Origin: Gemmatimonadaceae bacterium | GTDB lineage: Bacteria > Gemmatimonadota > Gemmatimonadetes > Gemmatimonadales > Gemmatimonadaceae | DNA: 64,000 nt | Assembly (NCBI GenBank): GCA_020851455.1 | Contig: JADZCT010000034.1 | Location: forward strand, 1,200 to 65,199 | Direction of reading: 5' to 3' | Part shown: positions 27,961-36,845 of the stretch, piece by piece | How the letters are laid out: each line of letters opens with the position of its first letter | Numbering within the stretch: the stretch's first letter is position 1 | Position numbers and translations under genes: made by a program | The notes under the pieces: generated by a model | The model's database searches: none | Told to the model about the DNA's origin: nothing | Seen by the model: only the letters and a program-made list of their open reading frames with translations

Positions 27961-29931
27961 GTGGCGGTACCTTACAGGATGGCTGCGATCCTTGGCCACG
28001 TCGTCGCGACCGAGCGTCGCCCCAACACCCCGCACGAGTTCCACTTCTGGACGGCGCTCGACGCGCCGGTCGGGATTGGCACGATCGTGCGCGTGGAGGG
28101 CACCGACGCCGTCGCCGGCCACGTTCCGCAGGTGTACGGCGTCGTGGTCGAGGGATTCAGCTACTCCGATCTTGAAACGCCGCTCCACGACGTGCTCGGC
28201 GCCGACGGATCGCCCGAGCGCGCAATGCGCGTCCCCACGCGCCGCACGGAGATTCGCCTCTACACCGCCGCGGTCCTCCGCCACGTTCCTGACGAACCGC
28301 TCCAGCCGGTGGCGCTTGGCGGCGTGTACCTCGCCGATGATGCGGACGTTGCCGTGGCCCTGCGGATGGACCGGTACACGCAGGGCGAGGCGCCGACCGG
28401 TATTCCGATCGGGCTCTACCGCGCAGGCGCCACGGCATCGCCGATCTACCTCGACGCCGACTTCCTGCTGGGGCCGGAAGCTGCACACCTGAACATCACG
28501 GGCGTCTCAGGGCTTGCTACCAAGACGAGCGCGGTCGAGTGGCTCCTGGCCTCGGTTTTCGCGCACTTCCCTTCCGCGAAGGGGAGCGTTGCCGCGCTCT
28601 GCTTCAACGTGAAGGGCCCGGACCTTTGCTTCCTCGACCAGCCTGCGGAACGGCTCGATGGGTCCGACCTGGATCTGTACGCGCGCCTTGGCGTGCCGGC
28701 CAGGCCGTTCGCGGGCGTGGAATACTTCGCGCCGTACACTGCGCGCGGACACACGCTGAATACCCTCCGCTCGCACGATGCGCTCTCTCACAACGTGCAT
28801 CCGCTCCGGTGGGGGCTGGGCGAAGTGCTCCAGCACGTCGAGGTGCTGCTCAACAAGGACGACGTTGATGCCAAGGCGGATGCGTTGATCGAGTTTATCC
28901 GCGAGCGCATCGTGGGTCAGGAGTTCCGCGACCCGCTCCTCGGCGCTGACGCGCATCGCGTCCAGACCTTCAGCGACCTGGACCAGTGGTTCCGCGGCGT
29001 GCTTCGCGCCATGGAGGAGCGCAACCAGGATTCCTGGCGCACGCATCACGTGGCCACGATCCGCAAGGTGCGAAACCGCCTGTCGAACATCTCCACCCGA
29101 TGCCGCGGGCTCGTGGCCGACGACGGGCTGGCGAGCGACCTCCCGTGGGGGCAGTTCCGCGACCGCGGCGTGTACGTGGTGGACGTGGCCAACCTGGAGG
29201 AAGACGCACAGGATCTGATATTCGCACGCATCATCACGAAGCTTCGCGAACTCATGGAGAAGCGCGCCCTCGGCGTTGATCACCTCGTCGTGTTTGTGGA
29301 CGAGCTGAACAAGTACGCGCCGTCCGATGGTGCCGACACGTACGTCCGCAAGATGCTCCTCGACATCGCAGAGCGTGGGCGCTATCTCGGGCTCGTGCTG
29401 TTCGCGGCGCAGCAGTTCCGCTCGCAGGTTCACCGGCGCGTGGTAGGCAACAGCGGGACTGCGTTATACGGCCGGATGGACGTGGACGAGCTGGCGACGC
29501 CCGGGTACTCGACGCTTGCGCCTGCCACGCGCGCGCGGCTCTCCACGCTCGACAAGGGCGAGCTGATGGTGCGCCATCCGCACTTCGCCCACCCCGTCTT
29601 CGTGCGCTTCCCGCGGCCCGCGGTGCTGTCCGGGCGCGAGGGGGTCGAGCGGTTCCCGGCCGCGGGCGAGCCGACCCTCGAGGAGGCGATCGTCCGCTCC
29701 CTCAGGCAGCTCGACAAGGCGGTGACGCTCGAGTGGGTGAAGGATGCAATCGCGCTCGCCGAGGAGGACGAGGTGCTGCGCGCCCGCAACCGCACGCTGC
29801 AGGTCCGGCCGGATGACGTGAAGGCGTTCTTCCGCGCGCAGCTTCGCCGCCGCGTGCACGCCGAGCCGGCCGCGCCTCGCCCGCGTCCGGTGATCCGCTC
29901 CAGCCCGGGCGACGACCCGTACGCCTTCTAG
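27961..29931 (+). CDS. herA: HerA-family (FtsK/HerA superfamily) hexameric ATPase/translocase
   Basis: 656 aa with GTG at 27961 (alternative ATG at 27979). HAS-barrel-like N-terminus (ILGHVVATERRPNTPHEFHFW...IGTIVRVEG...VYGVVVE). P-loop-like HLNITGVSGLATKTS. Walker B HLVVFVDELNKYAP. Also ERGRYLGLVLFAAQQFRSQV. Confidence 0.8.
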   Translation: MAVPYRMAAILGHVVATERRPNTPHEFHFWTALDAPVGIGTIVRVEGTDAVAGHVPQVYGVVVEGFSYSDLETPLHDVLGADGSPERAMRVPTRRTEIRLYTAAVLRHVPDEPLQPVALGGVYLADDADVAVALRMDRYTQGEAPTGIPIGLYRAGATASPIYLDADFLLGPEAAHLNITGVSGLATKTSAVEWLLASVFAHFPSAKGSVAALCFNVKGPDLCFLDQPAERLDGSDLDLYARLGVPARPFAGVEYFAPYTARGHTLNTLRSHDALSHNVHPLRWGLGEVLQHVEVLLNKDDVDAKADALIEFIRERIVGQEFRDPLLGADAHRVQTFSDLDQWFRGVLRAMEERNQDSWRTHHVATIRKVRNRLSNISTRCRGLVADDGLASDLPWGQFRDRGVYVVDVANLEEDAQDLIFARIITKLRELMEKRALGVDHLVVFVDELNKYAPSDGADTYVRKMLLDIAERGRYLGLVLFAAQQFRSQVHRRVVGNSGTALYGRMDVDELATPGYSTLAPATRARLSTLDKGELMVRHPHFAHPVFVRFPRPAVLSGREGVERFPAAGEPTLEEAIVRSLRQLDKAVTLEWVKDAIALAEEDEVLRARNRTLQVRPDDVKAFFRAQLRRRVHAEPAAPRPRPVIRSSPGDDPYAF

Positions 29932-29944
29932 GACGCGGCCGCCC

Positions 29945-31165
29945 ATGCGACTGGTCCACTTCTCCGACGTTCACCTGGGCTTCCGCCAGTTCCAGCGCGT
30001 CACCCCCGCGGGGATCAACCAGCGCGAGGCAGATGTCGCCCGCTCCTTCGCGAACGCAATCGAGAAGACGATCGAGCTCCGGCCGGATCTCGTGCTGGTC
30101 GCCGGCGACGTGTTCCACACGGTTCGCCCCACCAACCCCGCGATCCTGCACGCCTTTTCGCAGTTTGCGCGCCTCGTGCGCGAACTGCCCGGCGCAACGG
30201 TCGTGGTGGTAGCGGGAAATCACGACATACCGCGGTCCAGCGAGTCAACGTGCATCCTCCGGCTGTTCCGGCAGCTGGGCGTTCACGTGGTGGACGGATC
30301 CGCGGCAACCGCCGACGCGGTTCCGGCGCAGCGGCTGGCTTTTCCGGAGCACGACTTGTCCGTCCTTGCAGTGCCGGAAGTGGCGAGCCAGAACCTCGAC
30401 TGGTCGCCGGACCCCGCGGTCAGACACAACGTCCTGCTTGCGCACGGGGAGGTGCAGGGACTCTACCCGTCAGGCCACGCGCCGGACGACCCGGGGTCGC
30501 TCGAGATCCCGAAGTCCGTCTGCGAGTCCTCGGCGTGGGACTACATAGCGCTCGGGCACCACCACACGTACCGGCGCATGGGCCCGAACGCGTACTACAG
30601 CGGTTCGCTCGACTACGCGAGCACGAACGTGTGGGGGGAACTGGCCGAGCAGAAGGCGCAGAAGCTGCCGGGAAAGGGCCTGATCGAGCGCGACCTGGTG
30701 ACGGGCAGGCAATCGTTTCACCCGCTGCCGGTCGTTCGCGAGTTCGTGGACCTGCCCCCCCTCGACGGGCGCGGGCTTGCAGCCGCCGACCTCGACGCGG
30801 CGATCGGCATGGCCGTCAGGCGCGTGAGCGGCGGCATCGAGGGCAAGGTCGTGCGCCTCGTTGCGCGCGACGTCGCGCGCCACGTCGTCCGCGAGCTGGA
30901 CCACAAGGCGCTGCGCGAGGTGCAGCGCGCGGCGCTGCACTTCCATCTCGACACGCGGCGCCCGGACGTGATCAGGCACGAAGGGAGCGGCGCGCCTGGC
31001 CGACGTCCGTCACTCGTTGATACGCTGCGGGAGCGCCTGCGCAGCCGCGAGCTCGCTCCAGGGGTGGACCGAGAGCGCCTCATTGCACTCGGCCTGCAGT
31101 ACCTGGCGATGGCCGAGCACGAGGGCGCGCCATCTGAAGCGGCCGTCCCGCCCGGGGACGCATGA
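29945..31165 (+). CDS. Mre11/SbcD-family nuclease (calcineurin-like phosphoesterase)
   Basis: 406 aa with phosphoesterase motifs in order: HFSDVHLG, VAGDVFH, VAGNHD, LLAHGEV, ALGHHH. The stop overlaps the rad50 start (ATGA). Confidence 0.9.
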   Translation: MRLVHFSDVHLGFRQFQRVTPAGINQREADVARSFANAIEKTIELRPDLVLVAGDVFHTVRPTNPAILHAFSQFARLVRELPGATVVVVAGNHDIPRSSESTCILRLFRQLGVHVVDGSAATADAVPAQRLAFPEHDLSVLAVPEVASQNLDWSPDPAVRHNVLLAHGEVQGLYPSGHAPDDPGSLEIPKSVCESSAWDYIALGHHHTYRRMGPNAYYSGSLDYASTNVWGELAEQKAQKLPGKGLIERDLVTGRQSFHPLPVVREFVDLPPLDGRGLAAADLDAAIGMAVRRVSGGIEGKVVRLVARDVARHVVRELDHKALREVQRAALHFHLDTRRPDVIRHEGSGAPGRRPSLVDTLRERLRSRELAPGVDRERLIALGLQYLAMAEHEGAPSEAAVPPGDA

Positions 31166-33630
31166 AGCTCGAGCGCCTTCGCCTGCTGAACTTCCGGCAG
31201 CACGAGGATTCTACCCTCGTGTTCGAGGATGGGCTCACGGGAATCATCGGCCCGAACGGCGCGGGCAAGTCCACGCTGCTCGAGGCGGTCGCCTGGGCGC
31301 TGTACGGCGGCGACACGGCGCGCGGGGGGAAGGAGTCAATCCGGTTCGCGCGCGCGGCAGCGCGTTCTCAGGTGCGTGTGGAGCTCGACTTCGACCTCTC
31401 CGGCCACCGGTACCGGGTGGTGCGCGGGCTCTCGATGGCGGAGCTGTACGTGGACGACGGCGAGCAACCCATCGCGAACTCGGCGACGGGCGTCAGCGAC
31501 GTCCTCCAGCGCCGCCTCGGCATGACGCGCGACGAGTTCTTCAACACGTACTTCGCCGGGCAGAAGGAACTGGCCGTCCTTGCGGCGCGCTCCGCGGTCG
31601 AGCGTGCGCAGTTTCTGTCGCGCGTGCTCGGATATGAGCGGCTCCGGGTGGCGCAGGAACTGGCCGATCAGCGCCGGCGCGACCTCCGGTACGAGATCCA
31701 GGGGATGCGCAGCGGCATGCCCGACGCTGCCGCGATCGAAGCCGAGGAGGCCGAGGCCGCCCGTGCGGTCGAGGCCTCGCGTGCGCGTGTGGTTGATGCG
31801 GAAATCGAGCGGTCGCGCGTGCAGGCGCAGGTGGACGCAGTCGCGCCCCGGTGGGAGGAGGCCCAGCGGCAGCGAGACGAGCGCCAGCAGATGGAGGCAG
31901 ACATCAGGGTCACGCAGACGGAGCTCGCCGCGCAGCGCAGGAACGTCGAACGCCTCGCCGCGGAACTCCGCCATGTGGACGAGGCGCGGAGCGCGCTTGC
32001 GCCGCTCGCGGCGGAGCTTGGCCAGTTCGACGACCTTGGGCGCGAACTTGCCCAGTTGCGGGACCTGGCCGCGCATGACGGACGGCGTCGCGCCCTGTCG
32101 GAGCAGGAGGCGATCATCGCTTCGGAACTGGTCGCGCTTCGCGCACAGCGCGAGGTGCTGTTCGAGGCCGCAGCCGGCGAAGAGCGGGTGATCGAGCACC
32201 TCGAGTCGCAGCGGCGCCGCCTCGATGACGTCCAGGGGCGGCTGGAGCTGCGCCGCACGGACTGGGTGCGCGATCGCCAGGAAGCAGAGACGCGGCGCAA
32301 CGCCCTCCGGACGCAGTACGCCGAGCTCCGCGACCAGCGCGGTCGGCTCGTGGCGCGGGGCGAGCAGGGCGTGTGTCCCACCTGCCAGCGGCCGCTGCTT
32401 GAGCATTACAGGCAGGTCCTCGACCTGCTCGACAATCAGATGGAAAGCGTGAACGCCGACGGGTCGTACTATCGCGCCCGGCTCGAGCAGCTCGATGCGA
32501 TGCCCGGCGACCTGGTCGAGCTCGACAACGAGCGCCGTCGCGTGCAGCAGGACGTGAGCGCGATCGAGCGTCGGCTTGCGCGGACACAGGCGAGCGTGCA
32601 GCAGCTCGAGCACGTCGAGCGCGACATCGCCGCCAGGGAGCAGCGGCACGCGGCGCTGGTGCGCGACCTTGTAGCTGTACCGGGTGGCTACGACGCCGCG
32701 CGCCACAGGGCCGTGGAAGCGGAGTTCGGCCGGCTCGTCGAGCTCAGCGCGCAGGCGAACCGGCTCACCACGCAGGTCGAACGCGAGTCCGGGCTGCGGC
32801 GTGAGATAGAGAACGTCGGCCGGAGCGTCGAGACCCTTGCCGCCCGCGACGCCGGCCTCGTGACCCGGCTGGCTGCACTCGTCATGTCGGAGGCGGAGTA
32901 CGTGACGCTTCGCGACCGGCACGCGTCGGCTGCCGTGGAACTGCAGGCGGCGATGGTGGCGACCGCTGCCGCAACGGAGGCGATGGCGGCTGCGCAGGCG
33001 GCCGCCGACCGCGCGGCAACGGCGCGCGCGAACCTTGCGCTGGCATCGCAGCGCGTCGAGGCGCTGGAGCGCGAGAGGCAGCTGCACGAGGAGCTGCACC
33101 GCGCGTACTCCGACCTCCGCACCGACCTCAACCACGCGATGCGGCCCGAGCTCTCGGACCTCGCAAGCGCCTTCCTCGCCGAACTGACCGACGCCCGCTA
33201 TACCGGCCTCGAGCTCGACGACAAGTACCGGATCGTCGTGCTAGAGGACGGCGTGCCGAAGCCAGTGATCTCAGGCGGCGAAGAAGACCTCGCCAACCTC
33301 GTCATGCGACTCGCAATCTCGCAGATGATCGCCGAGAGGGCCGGTCAGGCGTTCTCCCTCCTCGTGCTCGACGAGGTCTTCGGTTCTCTCGACGACATCC
33401 GCCGGCAGAACGTCGTATCGCTCCTCCGCGGCCTCCAGGACCGGTTCGAGCAGGTCATCCTGATCACGCATATCGAGGACGTCCGCGACGGGCTCGACCA
33501 TGTCTTCGAGGTGCGGCGCGACGAGCATACCGGGGCCTCGGTCATCGCGCGCGGCTCGGCGAGGGGCAGGGAATTCGCCGACGCGATTGCCGCGGGCGAA
33601 CCCGCCGAACCTGGGGGGAGAACGGAGTGA
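31162..33630 (+). CDS. Rad50/SbcC-family SMC-like ATPase
   Basis: 822 aa. Walker A GPNGAGKSTLLEA, long coiled-coil arms, a CPTC zinc hook at 32374-32385 (residues 405-408, mid-protein), signature SGGEEDLANL, and Walker B LLVLDEVFGSLD. Confidence 0.9.
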   Translation: MKLERLRLLNFRQHEDSTLVFEDGLTGIIGPNGAGKSTLLEAVAWALYGGDTARGGKESIRFARAAARSQVRVELDFDLSGHRYRVVRGLSMAELYVDDGEQPIANSATGVSDVLQRRLGMTRDEFFNTYFAGQKELAVLAARSAVERAQFLSRVLGYERLRVAQELADQRRRDLRYEIQGMRSGMPDAAAIEAEEAEAARAVEASRARVVDAEIERSRVQAQVDAVAPRWEEAQRQRDERQQMEADIRVTQTELAAQRRNVERLAAELRHVDEARSALAPLAAELGQFDDLGRELAQLRDLAAHDGRRRALSEQEAIIASELVALRAQREVLFEAAAGEERVIEHLESQRRRLDDVQGRLELRRTDWVRDRQEAETRRNALRTQYAELRDQRGRLVARGEQGVCPTCQRPLLEHYRQVLDLLDNQMESVNADGSYYRARLEQLDAMPGDLVELDNERRRVQQDVSAIERRLARTQASVQQLEHVERDIAAREQRHAALVRDLVAVPGGYDAARHRAVEAEFGRLVELSAQANRLTTQVERESGLRREIENVGRSVETLAARDAGLVTRLAALVMSEAEYVTLRDRHASAAVELQAAMVATAAATEAMAAAQAAADRAATARANLALASQRVEALERERQLHEELHRAYSDLRTDLNHAMRPELSDLASAFLAELTDARYTGLELDDKYRIVVLEDGVPKPVISGGEEDLANLVMRLAISQMIAERAGQAFSLLVLDEVFGSLDDIRRQNVVSLLRGLQDRFEQVILITHIEDVRDGLDHVFEVRRDEHTGASVIARGSARGREFADAIAAGEPAEPGGRTE

Positions 33631-34595
33631 TGGGCATGCGCAGAGAGCACTCGCCACTCTTCGGGCCGCATCCAGTGACGATGGACGACGTCCCGTCGCT
33701 CAACGATCTGTTCAGCAGCGCGTTCACCGCCAGGTATCGCCGCGACGGCCTCGTGGGCGTGCGCGTGCCGCCGCTCAACCCCGCGATCTGGGAATACGCG
33801 ATTTCCGCGGCCGGGCGCGGCGCCATGCTGTGGCGTGATTCCCACGGCGCCATTGCGGCCTTCAACTTCGCGCATACTTCGGGCCGCGAAGGATGGATGG
33901 GTCCGCTCGCCGTGCGGGAGGACTGCCAGGGCACGGGGGTGGGCAAACTGGTCGTCCGCTCCGCGATTTCACACCTCATGGGGTCGGGCTGCGCCACGAT
34001 CGGACTCGAGACCATGCCCCGTACGGTGGACAACATCGGCTTCTATTCGACCCTCGGCTTCGTGCCGGGCACGATCACCGTCACGCTCACCATGGAGGCC
34101 ACCGAGTCGGGCGAGGTGCGTGGGCTGCTGTCTCAGCTCAACCCGGCGGCGCGCGATGCAGCAGTTGCGGAATGCTCGGCGCTCACTGCGCGGGTCCTTC
34201 CGGGGTCGGAATACGCGCGCGAGGTGCGGCTTACCCACGAGCTTCGGCTGGGCGATACGATATTGCTGCGGCGCGACGACGCCCTCGTGGCCTTCGCACT
34301 CTGCCATGCGTCGCCGCTGGTCGAGGGGCGCGGCCGCGAGGAGCTTCGCGTGCTCAAGCTGGTCGCCGCAGACCAGGCGGCGTTCGAGGCGCTTCTGGCG
34401 CCGCTGGCTTCGCTGGCGCGCAGGACGTCAAACGCGCGCTTCGCCATGCGCGTTCAGGGCGAGTACCGCGCGGCATATGCCTCCGTGATCCGGGCGGGCG
34501 GTCGCGTGCGCTGGACGGACCTTCGGATGACCCTCGAGGGATACCCGCAGGTCCCGCCCGTGGGCGGAATCGCCTTCACGAACTGGGAGATCTGA
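33627..34595 (+). CDS. GNAT-family N-acetyltransferase with extra C-terminal domain
   Basis: 322 aa. The start (GTG 33627, ATG 33630 or ATG 33636) overlaps or abuts the rad50 stop. Acetyl-CoA motif LAVREDCQGTGVGKLVVRSAISHL. About 170 aa of additional C-terminal sequence. Confidence 0.75.
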   Translation: MMGMRREHSPLFGPHPVTMDDVPSLNDLFSSAFTARYRRDGLVGVRVPPLNPAIWEYAISAAGRGAMLWRDSHGAIAAFNFAHTSGREGWMGPLAVREDCQGTGVGKLVVRSAISHLMGSGCATIGLETMPRTVDNIGFYSTLGFVPGTITVTLTMEATESGEVRGLLSQLNPAARDAAVAECSALTARVLPGSEYAREVRLTHELRLGDTILLRRDDALVAFALCHASPLVEGRGREELRVLKLVAADQAAFEALLAPLASLARRTSNARFAMRVQGEYRAAYASVIRAGGRVRWTDLRMTLEGYPQVPPVGGIAFTNWEI

Positions 34596-34605
34596 CTCCA
34601 GGCCG

Positions 34606-34800
34606 CTACCGCTTTCGCTTCGCCTCGCGTGGACAGGCTGCGCGCTGAGCGCGCGTGACGATTCGCCAGATGAGCAGAAAGACGCCGCCCGTGAGGAGCA
34701 GGTGGATCCAGCCGGGGCCATCGGCCCACGTGCCCGCGGCCCACACTGCCAGCATCGTAACGGCAACGACGATGATCGGGTCCAGCGGGCGCTCCTCCAT
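34606..34800 (-). CDS. small membrane protein (lmo0937-like pattern)
   Basis: 64 aa with two TM segments. GWIHLLLTGGVFLLIWRIV resembles the small GxIHLLLVIAVV-type family. No clear SD. Confidence 0.45.
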   Translation of the reverse strand: MEERPLDPIIVVAVTMLAVWAAGTWADGPGWIHLLLTGGVFLLIWRIVTRAQRAACPREAKRKR

Positions 34801-35084
34801 GTTTGAGCGGCATTCGGCTCCCCGCAGTGCGCCAATCTAGCGCCTGCGCGCCCAAGGCGGGCGCGCAGGCCACCTCGCCCGGCCTCGCTCTGGACGCTGT
34901 CCCTGCGCTCTCCTACATTCAGCCGAAGGTGCGAAGAGGCCAAATTTTTGAGCCGATAAGTCCTTCGGGTGGGTGCAACACCATCGTTGACGTCATGCCC
35001 GCACGGCGGGAAGGCGGAAGGCGGCGTGAGTACCTCAGACATTCGACAGGGCTTCAAAAACCCCTCTTCGTGCCCCCCTTGATG

Positions 35085-35124
35085 CGGAAGCTCCGGCCGG
35101 GGTGACCTCCGGCCGGAGCTTCCG
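35085..35124. repeat. perfect 16-bp inverted repeat (stem-loop) in the queD-folE leader
   Basis: CGGAAGCTCCGGCCGG (35085-35100), an 8-nt loop, then CCGGCCGGAGCTTCCG (35109-35124). There is no adjacent U-tract on either strand. Confidence 0.9.
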
Positions 35125-35557
35125 TCTCTGCGACCCACTTCACGTGCCAACAGTCTCAGTCACGCATGTCGCGCGCTTCAGCGCGGCGCACCGCCTGCAC
35201 AACCCCTCGATGCCGGACGCGGAGAACGCGAGGGTGTTCGGCAAGTGCAACAGCCCGAACTACCACGGGCACAATTACACGCTCGAGGTGACGGTAGCCG
35301 GCGAGCCTGATCCGGTCAGCGGATTCGTCGTTGACTTTGGCGACCTGAGCGATATCGTGGATCGCTCCTGCGTGGACCTCCTCGACCACCGGAACCTCGA
35401 CGTTGACGTGCCGTTCCTCAGGGGCGTAGTGTCCACGGCGGAGAACATCGTGGTGGCCTGCTGGAAGCAGCTCGAGCCCGCTGTCCGCCCGCGGCGCCTT
35501 GTGCGCCTCCGGCTCTGGGAAACGGAGAACAACCATGTCGAGTTCAGCGGAGACTGA
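35102..35557 (+). CDS. queD: 6-carboxy-5,6,7,8-tetrahydropterin synthase (PTPS family)
   Basis: Motifs [30 protein letters not shown]. The 5' end is uncertain: the longest ORF starts inside the hairpin loop, and a GTG near 35144 ([16 protein letters not shown]) is more plausible. Confidence 0.85.
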   Translation: MTSGRSFRLCDPLHVPTVSVTHVARFSAAHRLHNPSMPDAENARVFGKCNSPNYHGHNYTLEVTVAGEPDPVSGFVVDFGDLSDIVDRSCVDLLDHRNLDVDVPFLRGVVSTAENIVVACWKQLEPAVRPRRLVRLRLWETENNHVEFSGD

Positions 35558-36203
35558 GCGCGCGGCGTCCATCGCCGTGGGGCTCCCGGAATACGGCGAC
35601 CAGGGCGAAGGGCCGTCGCGCCTTGGCCAGGACCGCTACGCCGAGCTGCAGCAGATCGTCAGGCGTCAGCTCGAGCTGATCGGCGAGGATCCTTCCCGCG
35701 AGGGGCTGCTCAAGACGCCCATGCGCGTATCGCGTTCCCTTGCCTGGCTCACGCGCGGGTACACGCAGGACATCCGGAAAGTGGTGCACGGCGCGGTGTT
35801 CGAGGAGGAATACGAGTCCATGGTGATGGTGCGCGACATCGAGCTCTACTCGATGTGCGAGCACCACATGCTGCCGTTCTTCGGCCGCGCGCACATAGCG
35901 TACCTGCCCAACGGGCGGATACTCGGCCTCTCCAAGCTTCCGCGCATCGTGGACGTATTCGCAAGGCGTCTGCAGGTGCAGGAGCGGCTCACCGAGGAGA
36001 TCGCCACTGCGATCCAGGACGTGCTCAGGCCGGCCGGGGTGGGTGTGGTGATCGAGGCGTACCACCTCTGCATGATGATGCGTGGCGTCGAGAAGCAGAA
36101 CTCCCGCACGGTGACGTCGGCGCTGAAGGGGGCGTTTCGCGACGATGCGCGCACGCGCGACGAGTTTCTCCGACTCGCGCAGGGCGCGGCCGTCCCTCGC
36201 TGA
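35535..36203 (+). CDS. folE: GTP cyclohydrolase I
   Basis: ATG at 35535 preceded by GGAG. It overlaps the queD 3' end by 23 nt. Motifs [12 protein letters not shown] and [11 protein letters not shown]. Confidence 0.95.
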   Translation: MSSSAETERAASIAVGLPEYGDQGEGPSRLGQDRYAELQQIVRRQLELIGEDPSREGLLKTPMRVSRSLAWLTRGYTQDIRKVVHGAVFEEEYESMVMVRDIELYSMCEHHMLPFFGRAHIAYLPNGRILGLSKLPRIVDVFARRLQVQERLTEEIATAIQDVLRPAGVGVVIEAYHLCMMMRGVEKQNSRTVTSALKGAFRDDARTRDEFLRLAQGAAVPR

Positions 36204-36233
36204 GCCAGGCGCGGAACACCCGCGCGACGCCGC

Positions 36234-36845
36234 TTGCTCCTGGCCCTCACCCACTACATGCGGTGCACGAGCGCCCACGCGGACTCGTGGCTCGTGGCGC
36301 AAGCCGATACGGTCGAAAACCGCCGGGTCGTCGAGGGAACCCTCGGCTGCCCGGTCTGCCGCGTCGAGCGCGCCGTCCGGGGTGGCGTTGCCTGGTGGAG
36401 CGGCGAGCCCGCTGCGGTGGCGCCGGACCCGCGCCCGGACCTTGCGGGCGACCCCTTGATGCGCGCCGGAGCGCTGCTGGGGTTGCAGGAATCTCCGCTC
36501 CCCTTCCTGCTCTGCGGCGCGGCCGGGCTGGCCGCAAACGGGCTGGTGACCCTTGCGGACGCGCCGCTCGTGCTGCTCGACCCGCCGGACGACCGCGCGG
36601 CGCCCTTCACGACCATCGTGCGCGGCGCCCCGTCGGTGCCGTTAGGCGCGCAGAGCGTGCGCGGTGCGCTGCTCGAAGGCGCGTGGGCCTCGGAGCCGGC
36701 ACGAGTTGCGGGCATCGTCGCCGCCCTGAGCTTCCGCGGGCGGCTCGTCGCGCCCGCGGCCACCCCGCTGCCGCGGGGCGTGCGCGAGCTCGCCCGCGAC
36801 GCCGATCAGTGGGTGGCCGAGCGGGCGCCGGGATCCTCGACGTAA
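36234..36845 (+). CDS. hypothetical protein with Trm112-like N-terminus and degenerate methyltransferase-like body
   Basis: 203 aa. N-terminus LLALTHYMRCT...GTLGCPVCRVERAVRGGVAWW resembles a Trm112-type zinc ribbon with only one intact CxxC. The later LLCGAAGLAANG resembles a decayed SAM motif I. Confidence 0.45.
   Translation: MLLALTHYMRCTSAHADSWLVAQADTVENRRVVEGTLGCPVCRVERAVRGGVAWWSGEPAAVAPDPRPDLAGDPLMRAGALLGLQESPLPFLLCGAAGLAANGLVTLADAPLVLLDPPDDRAAPFTTIVRGAPSVPLGAQSVRGALLEGAWASEPARVAGIVAALSFRGRLVAPAATPLPRGVRELARDADQWVAERAPGSST

Noticed and set aside
31336-33135. 599-aa minus-strand ORF
   Set aside because: It is entirely antisense to the rad50/sbcC-like gene, which has full motif support. 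The product is R/L/H-rich with no family resemblance.
27009-34595. Interpreting the HerA/NurA/Mre11/Rad50 block as a mobile defence island
   Set aside because: No integrase, transposase, tRNA attachment site, flanking direct repeats or evident compositional break was seen in the surrounding sequence. The defence hypothesis is kept only as an open alternative within the finding, not as a call.
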